This document shows positions 9,590 to 17,977 of a stretch of DNA of 54,498 nucleotides, in pieces. The position numbers were made by a program, and so were the translations under genes. The first letter of the stretch is position 1. Every line of letters begins with the position of its first letter. Under the pieces are notes generated by a model that saw only the letters and a program-made list of their open reading frames with translations, had not been told where the DNA came from and made no database searches. Source of the DNA: a virus (lineage: Duplodnaviria; Caudoviricetes); IMG/VR virus record IMGVR_UViG_3300021425_000050, positions 1 to 54,498 of that record; one strand, given 5' to 3'.

Positions 9590-10000
9590 ATGCCAATAAC
9601 AAACGCATTTAAAATCGCTGAGTTGATTCGTCATATGTCCTATAATAGCACTGATGATGTAATTGAGATAACAAAAGGAACAACCGACTTAAATAGAATA
9701 AAGGGAGATGCAACTTATACCGCAACTACCGAAGTCGCACTTGATACTTTTGCTCACGCATCATTTAGAGCTGCTCGATATATTGTAGCAATGTCTGAGG
9801 GAAGTAATTTCCACTCAACTGAAATCATGATTGTTCATGATGGAAGTGCTGTGACATTAACTCAATATGGTACATTGAAAGATACAACTTTAGCAACTTT
9901 TGACGCTGATATAAGTGGGGATAATGTAAGGCTGTTAGTAACTCCAGCGAGTTCTAACTCTACAGTCGTAAAATTCCAAGGAACACTAATAGACGCTTAA
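9590..10000 (+). CDS. Virion structural protein (single copy of the shared C-terminal beta domain)
   Basis: LDTF...ARY...TEI.IVHDG...TQYG...F.ADI.G.NVRL.VTPAS aligns by eye with the ends of 8753 and 10077. Confidence 0.65.
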   Translation: MPITNAFKIAELIRHMSYNSTDDVIEITKGTTDLNRIKGDATYTATTEVALDTFAHASFRAARYIVAMSEGSNFHSTEIMIVHDGSAVTLTQYGTLKDTTLATFDADISGDNVRLLVTPASSNSTVVKFQGTLIDA

Positions 10001-10020
10001 TTATAAAAAGATATTCTTTT

Positions 10021-10047
10021 AGGGGACTTTCGAGTCCCCTTTTTTTT
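10021..10047 (+). terminator. Rho-independent terminator with UUCG loop
   Basis: AGGGGACT-TTCG-AGTCCCCT followed by a T-run. Confidence 0.9.
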
Positions 10048-10076
10048 AGCACTTTAAAATCGCATAAATAGTTATC

Positions 10077-10910
10077 ATGGCATCAAAAGTAAAATTTTTT
10101 GCAGACTTAGGATTACAATCTGCTCTCAATACCCAAGTCGATGGAGACTTGACTGTTGCTGGTGATTTAACAGTTACAGGTACTACAGTCACAGTTAACT
10201 CGTCAACAACAAGTGTTGAAGACTCAATGCTTGAACTTGCAAATTCGAATACGAGTGCAGATATAATAGACATTGGTATCTACGGAAATTATAATGATGG
10301 TTTATCAGATGGCGGTGCAAGTGAATATACAGGATTATTCAGAGATGCAACTGATTCTACATGGAAATTATTTGAAGGTTTAGAAGTAGAACCTTCTACT
10401 TCTGTTAACACATCAGGTTCAGGATATACTCTTGCAGATTTACAAGTCGGTGACTTGACTGCAACTACAATTACAGCGACTAACTCATTAACTGGCGCTA
10501 GTATGACATATCCAACATCAGACGGAACAAACGGACAAGTATTAACGACAAACGGAAGTGGCGTATTATCATTTCAAGACGCTTCAGGATTAGAAAGTGG
10601 AACAATTACAACAACATCTACCTCAATAACAAATTTAGATACATTTACTGTATCATCTTCAAGGGGTGGAAAATATACAATAACATTGTCAGACTCAACA
10701 TCAGGCGTATATCAGACTACAGAAATACATTTAATACATGATGATTCTTCAAGTTCATTGTCTCAATTCGGTACAGTATTGCAAGGCGGAAGTAACGAAC
10801 TTGCAACATTTTCAACAGATGTGTTAAGCGGAAGTGTCAGACTCAGAGTTACACCAGCATCAACAAATTCAACTAAAATAAGTTTCAAAAAAATACTAAT
10901 AGATGCGTAA
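10077..10910 (+). CDS. Tail fibre-associated protein
   Basis: GDLTVAGDLTVTGTTVTVNS and PTSDGTNGQVL modules plus the shared C-terminal domain. Preceded by CATAAATA at 10063-10070. Confidence 0.7.
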   Translation: MASKVKFFADLGLQSALNTQVDGDLTVAGDLTVTGTTVTVNSSTTSVEDSMLELANSNTSADIIDIGIYGNYNDGLSDGGASEYTGLFRDATDSTWKLFEGLEVEPSTSVNTSGSGYTLADLQVGDLTATTITATNSLTGASMTYPTSDGTNGQVLTTNGSGVLSFQDASGLESGTITTTSTSITNLDTFTVSSSRGGKYTITLSDSTSGVYQTTEIHLIHDDSSSSLSQFGTVLQGGSNELATFSTDVLSGSVRLRVTPASTNSTKISFKKILIDA

Positions 10911-10985
10911 ACACATGTCTTTTAAAGGGACATGATTACTAAATAAAGGTGTTAGTTAACACTAAACTATTAATAGGACACAATA

Positions 10986-11204
10986 ATGGCAACACAAAAC
11001 ACATTTGTAATAGAATATGGGTTAACAGTCGGTTCTACAGAAATCATTACATCAGCAGGAAAACTAGTCGCTAGTGCATTGTCTGAATTAGATACTGATT
11101 CTTTGTCAGAAGGTTCGACTAACCAATATTTCACAACATCAAGATTCAACACATCTTTTGATACGAGACTAGCGAATGCTACAATTGACGGAGGTACTAT
11201 CTAA
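10986..11204 (+). CDS. Miniature fibre-like protein (72 aa)
   Basis: N-terminus paralogous to 11204 (GLTVGSTE.I.S.G), one TDSLSEGSTNQYFT module, ends IDGGTI. SD AGGA. Confidence 0.65.
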   Translation: MATQNTFVIEYGLTVGSTEIITSAGKLVASALSELDTDSLSEGSTNQYFTTSRFNTSFDTRLANATIDGGTI

Positions 11205-13207
11205 TGTCAAGTAAGAATTTCATAATTAAAAATGGTCTTACTGTAGGTTCTACAGAAGTTATCAATTCTTCAGGTATCATTCAACCCGCCGCTGTAAATG
11301 AGGCGATTGATGATAGAGTAGATGCATTACTAACAGCGGGTGCAGGAATATCATTATCATATGATGACTCTGCTGGTACGCTAACAATCACAGGTAATGT
11401 CGGAGATATCACAGGAGTAAACGCTGGTGACGGTCTAACAGGTACTGCAACATCAGGAGATGCAACACTTAATATCGGTGCAGGTAATGGTATTACTGTA
11501 AATGCAGACGATATTGAAGTTAACATGGGTGCATTTAGCACATCAGATTTAACAGAAGGTTCAAACAAATATTATACAGACGAAAGAGTAGACGATAGAG
11601 TTAATGCTTTAATCACAGCGGGTTCAAACATCACAACAACATATGATGATGCCGCTGGTACTTTAACAATCGCTGCTACAGAAGATAACCTTTCAAACAA
11701 CGATACAGACGACCTCTCAGAAGGTTCATCAAACTTATACTATACCGATGCAAGAGCAAGAGCTTCTATATCAGCAAGTGGGGATTTGTCCTATAATTCT
11801 ACAACTGGTGTAATTAGTTTCACAAATGATGCAGGTGATATAGAAAGTGTAGTCGCAGGTTCTGGTTTAACAGGAGGCGGCACATCAGGTGATGTCACAT
11901 TAAATGTTATAGGTGGTGACGGTATCACTGCAAATGCAAATGACATCGCATTATCATCATCAGTTGCTGGTGATGGTCTAGGATACTCATCAGGTGTTTT
12001 ATCAGTCGGTGTAGATGATAGTTCAATCGAAATAGATTCAGATAACTTGCAAGTAAAAGCAGGTGGTATCACAAATGCTATGTTGGCAGGTTCTATCGAC
12101 CAATCTAAACTATCAGGTGGTATTTTAAATTCACAATTAGCAAATAGTTCAGTCACAGTCAATTCAAATACAGTAGCATTAGGTGCTTCTATAACTTTAG
12201 ACACAGGCGACTTTGCAGAAAATGGAAATCTATTTTATACAGACGAAAGAGTTGATGACAGAGTTTCAAACTTACTAACAGCAGGTTCAAATGTTTCATT
12301 GTCATATGATGACGCCGCTGGAACATTGACAATTTCTGCTACAGAAGATAACTTATCAAACAACACAACTTCTGATTTAGCAGAAGGTACAAATCTTTAC
12401 TTCACTAACGCAAGAGCAGATGCTAGAGTTAATGCAGTATTACCTAATACAGATTCATTAAGTGAAGGTTCATCAAATCTATATTTTTCTAATGAAAGAG
12501 TAGATGATAGAGTTAACGCTTTATTGGCAGCAGGTACAGGTATCACATTATCATATGATGACGCCGCTAACACACTAACAATTGGTGGTACTGCTCAATA
12601 TGGAGATTCAGATGCTAGAGATGCAATCTCAGTCACAGATTCAGGTGGCGATGGTTCTCTTGCTTATAACAGTTCAACAGGTGTTATAACTTATACAGGA
12701 CCTAGTTCAAGTGAAGTTAGAGCTCATCTAAGTGCAGGTACTGGTGTATCATATTCAGGTGGTCAATTCAGTATCGGACAGGCAGTTGGCACATCAGACA
12801 ATGTAACCTTTAACAATGCAGTTATATCAGGTGACTTAACAGTTAACGGTTCAACAACAACTGTATCTTCTACAAATACAACAATCGAAGATTCATTATT
12901 AGAATTAGGAACAGGAACTACAGGTTCTCCTTCTAACGATGCTGGTATTGTTATTGAGAGAGGAGATGAGTCTAATGTGTTTATGGGTTGGGACGACAGT
13001 GCAAGTGCATTTATGTTCGCTTCAACAACTGCAACAGGTTCGTCAACAGGTGCTTTATCGTTGACACACGCTGCTGTTAATACAGGTGCTTTAACAATTA
13101 CAAACGCAACAAATAGTGGCGGTACAGCAAGAAATGTGTATCAATCAACTTCTGCTCCAACATCAGGTGATGGTGCAGTTGGTGATTTATGGATTTTATA
13201 CTCTTAA
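11204..13207 (+). CDS. Long tail fibre protein with internal repeats
   Basis: Multiple D..EGS.NLY(Y/F)TD(E/A)R(V/A)DDRV...AG.....YDDAAGTLTI repeats. C-terminal SAPTSGDGAVGDLWI motif. Confidence 0.75.
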   Translation: MSSKNFIIKNGLTVGSTEVINSSGIIQPAAVNEAIDDRVDALLTAGAGISLSYDDSAGTLTITGNVGDITGVNAGDGLTGTATSGDATLNIGAGNGITVNADDIEVNMGAFSTSDLTEGSNKYYTDERVDDRVNALITAGSNITTTYDDAAGTLTIAATEDNLSNNDTDDLSEGSSNLYYTDARARASISASGDLSYNSTTGVISFTNDAGDIESVVAGSGLTGGGTSGDVTLNVIGGDGITANANDIALSSSVAGDGLGYSSGVLSVGVDDSSIEIDSDNLQVKAGGITNAMLAGSIDQSKLSGGILNSQLANSSVTVNSNTVALGASITLDTGDFAENGNLFYTDERVDDRVSNLLTAGSNVSLSYDDAAGTLTISATEDNLSNNTTSDLAEGTNLYFTNARADARVNAVLPNTDSLSEGSSNLYFSNERVDDRVNALLAAGTGITLSYDDAANTLTIGGTAQYGDSDARDAISVTDSGGDGSLAYNSSTGVITYTGPSSSEVRAHLSAGTGVSYSGGQFSIGQAVGTSDNVTFNNAVISGDLTVNGSTTTVSSTNTTIEDSLLELGTGTTGSPSNDAGIVIERGDESNVFMGWDDSASAFMFASTTATGSSTGALSLTHAAVNTGALTITNATNSGGTARNVYQSTSAPTSGDGAVGDLWILYS

Positions 13208-13239
13208 TAAATAGAGTATATACTTTGGGAAAATTATAA

Positions 13240-14859
13240 ATGGCAACAGGCTCACAGAAGGTAAAAACACCCTCAGGTTGGAATTCAACGCAAGGGGCAT
13301 GGGTAAAAACAGGAACATCAACTTGGAAGGCAGTCGACCAAATCTATGTGAAGACACCTTCTGGTTGGAATAATGCTTCTGGTCAAGAATCGGTTCAACA
13401 ACCGTATCCTTACATCGCAAATGCCCAAGAACCTAATATAAGAGATGCTCAACAACCTTATCCTTATATTGCAAATGCCCAAGAACCTAATATCAGAGAT
13501 GCTCAGCAACCTTATCCTTACATTGCGAATGCACAAAGTCCATTTATTAGAAACGGTCAACAACCTGCGATATATCAAAATCCGGTAAATGCACAAAGTC
13601 CATTTATTAGAAATGCTCAAGAACCGAACATAAGGTCAGCACAAGAACCTAATATTAGAAACGCACAAACACCGTTTACATATCAACACAGGTCACCTTT
13701 TACATACAGAGACCCAAGGTCATATAGAAATCCGTTTACATATCAACACAGGTCTCCATTTACATATCGAAACCCTGTAGATTATAGAGTGCCTTCGACT
13801 TATCAACACAGGTCACCTTCTACATATAGAGACCCAAGGTCATACAGAGTACCATTTACATATCAACACAGGTCTCCTTTTACATATAGAGACCCAAGGT
13901 CGTATAGAGTACCATTCACTTATAGTCACAGGTCGCCGTTTACATATCGAAACCCTGTTGGTTATAATATGCCGTTTACATATCAACACAGGTCGCCTTT
14001 CACATATCAGTCTAGACAACCTAACAGTGCAAGACAACCAGTTGCATACAGGTCACCGTTTACATATAGAAACCCTGTATCAGCACAACAACCAGTTGCA
14101 TTTAGGTCACCATTTACATACAGTGCTAGATATCCTGCTAACATTCAACAACCGGTAACATATCAGTCGCCGTTTACATACAGTGCTAGATATCCTGCAA
14201 ACGCTCAACAACCGAATAGTGCTAGACAACCTTTTACATATCAGGCAAGACAACCTGTTTATTTTCCACCCCCTCCAGGTGGCGGTTTCGGTTGTTTCCC
14301 TGCTGGGTCAATGGTCTGGTTGGCAGATGGTTCACATGTTGCTATCGAAACTGTCGAAGTTGGACAAAATGTTTGGACTTGGAACGAAGAACTCAATACA
14401 TTGGAAATCAATGCTGTCGAATACTGTATGAAACCAAGAGTTGTTTCAGTATGGGATATTTACTTATCAGATGGTAGAGTATTACAAACAACAGATGACC
14501 ACCCAATTAAGATTGCAGGTGTCGAAGGTTGGGGTGCTTTAAATCCTGAATTAACTGTAGAAAGACACGAATGGTTGTCAGATGATATGACACATACATT
14601 AGAAGTAGGAACTAGAATATTCACTATGACTGATGCAGTTCTATACGGTAAAGAATCAGAAGAAGTAGTAATAGAAAAAATAGAACAAAATGATGAAATG
14701 GTAGTGTATAACTTATCAGCGATTGCTAATACAGGAACATTCTTTGTTAACGGAGTTTTAGTTCATAACTACTATAACCCAATCACTGGTGAGTATGAAA
14801 ACACACCGAACTTGATGGAAGACAAATTAGACCCTGGTTTCACACCACTACCAAAATAG
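13240..14859 (+). CDS. Pro-punctuated repeat protein (zipper chain A2) with C-terminal Hint/BIL domain
   Basis: N-terminal VKTPSGW / WVK..W / YVKTPSGW motifs, 40 Pro-delimited units (13402-14253), then PPPPGGGFG and a CFPAG...VHN Hint domain. Confidence 0.8.
   Translation: MATGSQKVKTPSGWNSTQGAWVKTGTSTWKAVDQIYVKTPSGWNNASGQESVQQPYPYIANAQEPNIRDAQQPYPYIANAQEPNIRDAQQPYPYIANAQSPFIRNGQQPAIYQNPVNAQSPFIRNAQEPNIRSAQEPNIRNAQTPFTYQHRSPFTYRDPRSYRNPFTYQHRSPFTYRNPVDYRVPSTYQHRSPSTYRDPRSYRVPFTYQHRSPFTYRDPRSYRVPFTYSHRSPFTYRNPVGYNMPFTYQHRSPFTYQSRQPNSARQPVAYRSPFTYRNPVSAQQPVAFRSPFTYSARYPANIQQPVTYQSPFTYSARYPANAQQPNSARQPFTYQARQPVYFPPPPGGGFGCFPAGSMVWLADGSHVAIETVEVGQNVWTWNEELNTLEINAVEYCMKPRVVSVWDIYLSDGRVLQTTDDHPIKIAGVEGWGALNPELTVERHEWLSDDMTHTLEVGTRIFTMTDAVLYGKESEEVVIEKIEQNDEMVVYNLSAIANTGTFFVNGVLVHNYYNPITGEYENTPNLMEDKLDPGFTPLPK
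14293..14769 (+). other. Hint (intein-like/BIL) autoprocessing domain, 159 aa, no homing endonuclease
   Basis: Block A CFPAGSMVWLADG..IETVEVG, block B TTDDHP, block F VYNL and block G FFVNGVLVHN. The +1 residue is Tyr. Confidence 0.9.
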
Positions 14860-14876
14860 GAGTATGAGAGAATAAT

Positions 14877-15809
14877 ATGCCAGATTTTCAATCACCTTAC
14901 ATTGCAAATGGTCAAAACCCATTTACATTTAGGGCCCCATTTACATATAGAGTTCCTTATATTGCGAATGCAAGACAACCAGTTGCATTTAGGTCACCGT
15001 TTACATATAGGGTCCCTTACATCGCTAATGCTCAGCAACCGAATACATACAGGTCACCTTTCACTTACAGAAACCCTGTAAATGCTCAACAACCTGTCAC
15101 ATTCCAATCACCGTTTACATTCCAATCACCTTATATTGCGAATGCTCAAGAACCGAATATCAGGTCAGCACAAACTCCAAGAGGATATCGTGTACCTGTT
15201 TCTGCTCAAGAACCGAATATTAGAAACGCTCAACAACCTGCTGGTTATAGATTACCTGTTAATGCTCAAGAACCGAATATCAGGTCAGCACAACAACCTG
15301 CTGGTTATAGATTGCCTGTTAATGCTCAAGAACCGAATATTAGAAACAGACAAACACCTGCAAAATATCAGAATCCAGTAAACGCTCAGGAACCTAATAT
15401 TAGAAACGCACAACAGCCTGCTGGTTATCAGCATCCTGTTTCTGCTCAACAACCTAATATTAGAGATGCAAGACAACCATCGACTTATCAACATAGGTCT
15501 CCGTTTACTTATAATCATAGGTCTCCATTTACTTATCAACATAGGTCTCCGTCTACATATAGAGACCCTGTAAGTTATAGAGTTCCATTTACATATCAAC
15601 ATAGAAGTCCTTCGACATATGCAACACAAGGTCAGACACCGTTTACATATCAACACAGGTCTCCTTTCACATATGCAAGACAAGGTCAAACACCGTTTAC
15701 CTATCAACATAGAAGTCCGTTTACATATGCAACACAAGGAAGAACACCAGTAATCCGTTGGGATGGTGATTTGAATCAAAATTGGCCAGGTACTCCAGTG
15801 TCGTCATAA
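14877..15809 (+). CDS. Pro-punctuated repeat protein (zipper chain B2, mirror partner of 13240-14859)
   Basis: Almost the whole protein is 40 Pro-delimited units (14895-15746). Confidence 0.8.
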   Translation: MPDFQSPYIANGQNPFTFRAPFTYRVPYIANARQPVAFRSPFTYRVPYIANAQQPNTYRSPFTYRNPVNAQQPVTFQSPFTFQSPYIANAQEPNIRSAQTPRGYRVPVSAQEPNIRNAQQPAGYRLPVNAQEPNIRSAQQPAGYRLPVNAQEPNIRNRQTPAKYQNPVNAQEPNIRNAQQPAGYQHPVSAQQPNIRDARQPSTYQHRSPFTYNHRSPFTYQHRSPSTYRDPVSYRVPFTYQHRSPSTYATQGQTPFTYQHRSPFTYARQGQTPFTYQHRSPFTYATQGRTPVIRWDGDLNQNWPGTPVSS

Positions 15810-15839
15810 ATATAGTTAACTAATAACTATTTTTATATT

Positions 15840-17423
15840 ATGCAACAGATAGACCACGATATTATTTTAAAACTTTTTAGCGAAGACAGAGAAGACTGGA
15901 AAGAAAAACATTTCTATAAACACATCGGTTCGATGAATCTTAGTGAAGATTGGGAACAATCTACAACATGGAAAAATGTTTCATGGTTGTATGAAAATAG
16001 ATTACCTAAACTTAAAAAGGTGACATGGGGTGATGTTTCAAAACTTCAAAAAGAAGGCAAACTCATAGGTTGGAATCAACTACAATCTCAAGCATTCGGT
16101 TATCATTATTTCTTACCTTTAGGTTGGACTGCTAAACCTGAATTTCCAGCACCTGGTAAATCAGGTATGGATTTTATAAACATCAATGGTGAATATGAAA
16201 ATATTTGCAATCATGTAAGATTCGATGATGTAGATTATGAACCTGATGAAGGTAAAAAAGGCAATTTAGATTCAGTTTACTATCATGATGCCAAAGCACA
16301 TTGGTTAGTAGATAGTATTAGAAGAGATGGTCTTTGGAATCCTATTCAAGGTGTTGTAGCACCAGCACATGATGACAAGTATAAACTATCAATACACCCA
16401 GGTTCTGTAAGGTCACCTGTATTCGAATGTTTAGATGATGAATCTTTACAAATGTGGATATGGGATGATTACGATTTATTTGATTGGATACCTGAATATA
16501 CTTTACATACATTACTAACTGATTTATCTAATCACCCAAAAATGGGTCAAAGAGATATGGGTAAAAAGAATGTCTCTTTTGGATATACTCATGGTTATAT
16601 GGAGATATCTACTGAACTACAACAATTAACTTTTAGAAGTGATGTTTATGAATTCAATGAAAGAATTGCAAAAATGGCACAAGGTAAAAGAATAAACATC
16701 TACATTGGATATGATTCTCGTCATAAAGAAATTGCAGAATTAAACGCATGGACAATGTTGAAATCTATTCAACAAGGTTTTGGTGGGGGTGATGTTCATG
16801 GAACAATGAAACATTGGATACCTGAAATCAAATTCTTAGACATATCAAAGATACCAGAATATACTAGAGATTATGCTCAACAATCAACAGAGTTTACATA
16901 CAGTCGTTTCTTAATACCATACTTAGAAAACTACAAAGGGTTTAGTATTTTCTTAGATGATGATATACTTTTTACCAAGAGTATATTACCGATGTTCTAT
17001 TTCTTAAATCCAGATGATGCAGTTGCATGTATCAAATATGACTTTGAAAAACATAACGATACAAAGTTTGACGGTGAAAAGAATGTAAACTATCCTAAAA
17101 AATTATGGTCTTCATTAATGATATTTAATAACGGTCATGAAGATTGTAAGAAACTAACACCAGATGTAGTTAATACACAAACAGGAAAGTATCTACATCA
17201 ATTCGAATGGACAGATAAAATATCAGATATACCTCAACACTATATATTTACAGAAGGCTACGATACAGACGAATCAAGTTGGCGTCCATCTGCTATACAT
17301 TATACAAGAGGTGGTCCATGGATTGACAATATGGATACATCTAATATTGATAAACTTGATGAATACGAAAGATTGTATAATAAGTGGTTGAACTATAAAA
17401 AACAAAATGATATAATGGAGTGA
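15840..17423 (+). CDS. GT-A glycosyltransferase (GT8/CDI-like) fused to an N-terminal ParB/Srx-like region
   Basis: C-terminal half has IYIGYDSR, STEFTYSRFLIPYL, a DxD-type FLDDD, KLWSSLMIFN and HYTRGGPW. N-terminal half has LVDSIRRDGLWNPI...HPGSVR. Confidence 0.7.
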   Translation: MQQIDHDIILKLFSEDREDWKEKHFYKHIGSMNLSEDWEQSTTWKNVSWLYENRLPKLKKVTWGDVSKLQKEGKLIGWNQLQSQAFGYHYFLPLGWTAKPEFPAPGKSGMDFININGEYENICNHVRFDDVDYEPDEGKKGNLDSVYYHDAKAHWLVDSIRRDGLWNPIQGVVAPAHDDKYKLSIHPGSVRSPVFECLDDESLQMWIWDDYDLFDWIPEYTLHTLLTDLSNHPKMGQRDMGKKNVSFGYTHGYMEISTELQQLTFRSDVYEFNERIAKMAQGKRINIYIGYDSRHKEIAELNAWTMLKSIQQGFGGGDVHGTMKHWIPEIKFLDISKIPEYTRDYAQQSTEFTYSRFLIPYLENYKGFSIFLDDDILFTKSILPMFYFLNPDDAVACIKYDFEKHNDTKFDGEKNVNYPKKLWSSLMIFNNGHEDCKKLTPDVVNTQTGKYLHQFEWTDKISDIPQHYIFTEGYDTDESSWRPSAIHYTRGGPWIDNMDTSNIDKLDEYERLYNKWLNYKKQNDIME

Positions 17424-17425
17424 TT

Positions 17426-17977
17426 ATGAATATGTTAATTTATTGTGAGAACGGAAATCTCACTATCAGAAAACCAAACGGACTACAATATACATTTGAG
17501 AATACAGATAAACCTGAATTAGGGTTTCATTATGATGTATTAATCTACGATGATATTGAATGTAAGATTTTAGAATGGGAAGATGACAAACCATTTGAAG
17601 AACAGAAACAAATTGCATTGAATGAAGAAGAGATTGATGCTATCGAATCATATATTGAGAACTCAGTTCCACCTGAAAATGTAAGTCTCAATGGTCAATA
17701 CAGTGAAGACTTGAATAATCAAGCGAAACAGTATATACTAGAAATGTGTAATGCATATGGTTTCGCACACGAAGTTGAAGTTCTAATGGCAGGTCGTGAA
17801 GGTTCAAATCACCCTTACAGGTCAGATGCAAGAAGAGTCATGGAATATGTTGATGCTGTCTGGAATGTATATGTAAATGTGATGAACGAAATAAGACAAA
17901 CAAGGGAAGATACTCTAAAACCTTTTGAAGATTATAGTTCACAAATACCTACGCCTAGAAAAGCACAAACAAACTAA
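17426..17977 (+). CDS. Hypothetical protein, possibly tail-fibre assembly chaperone-like
   Basis: C-terminal YGF...S.HPYRSDARRVMEYVDAVW resembles fibre-assembly-like phage proteins. Start is 17420 (GTG) or 17426 (ATG). Confidence 0.4.
   Translation: MNMLIYCENGNLTIRKPNGLQYTFENTDKPELGFHYDVLIYDDIECKILEWEDDKPFEEQKQIALNEEEIDAIESYIENSVPPENVSLNGQYSEDLNNQAKQYILEMCNAYGFAHEVEVLMAGREGSNHPYRSDARRVMEYVDAVWNVYVNVMNEIRQTREDTLKPFEDYSSQIPTPRKAQTN

Noticed and set aside
13670-14010. CRISPR array suggested by recurring TTTACATATCAACACAGGTC
   Set aside because: The repeats are in-frame coding units with synonymous third-position variation and repetitive rather than unique spacers. No cas genes are present in the window.
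14293-14769. Canonical mobile intein
   Set aside because: No endonuclease domain, the +1 residue is Tyr rather than Cys/Ser/Thr, and it is not inserted in a conserved enzyme motif. Treated as a BIL-like Hint instead.
14857-14879. Stop-codon readthrough or recoding fusing zipper chains A2 and B2
   Set aside because: B2 is in a different frame 17 nt after the TAG, and pair 1 is likewise out of frame. No slippery site is evident, and TAG, TGA and TAA all terminate ordinary genes in this window.
13402-15746. DNA inverted repeat as the cause of the mirror symmetry
   Set aside because: The reverse complement of a PFTYQHRS unit (e.g. ccgtttacatatcaacacaggtca) does not resemble the DNA of the facing PNIRxAQx unit. 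In the units compared, the symmetry exists only in the proteins.
3830-15809. Diversity-generating retroelement acting on fibre genes
   Set aside because: No reverse transcriptase in the window, and I saw no TR/VR pair differing only at adenines.
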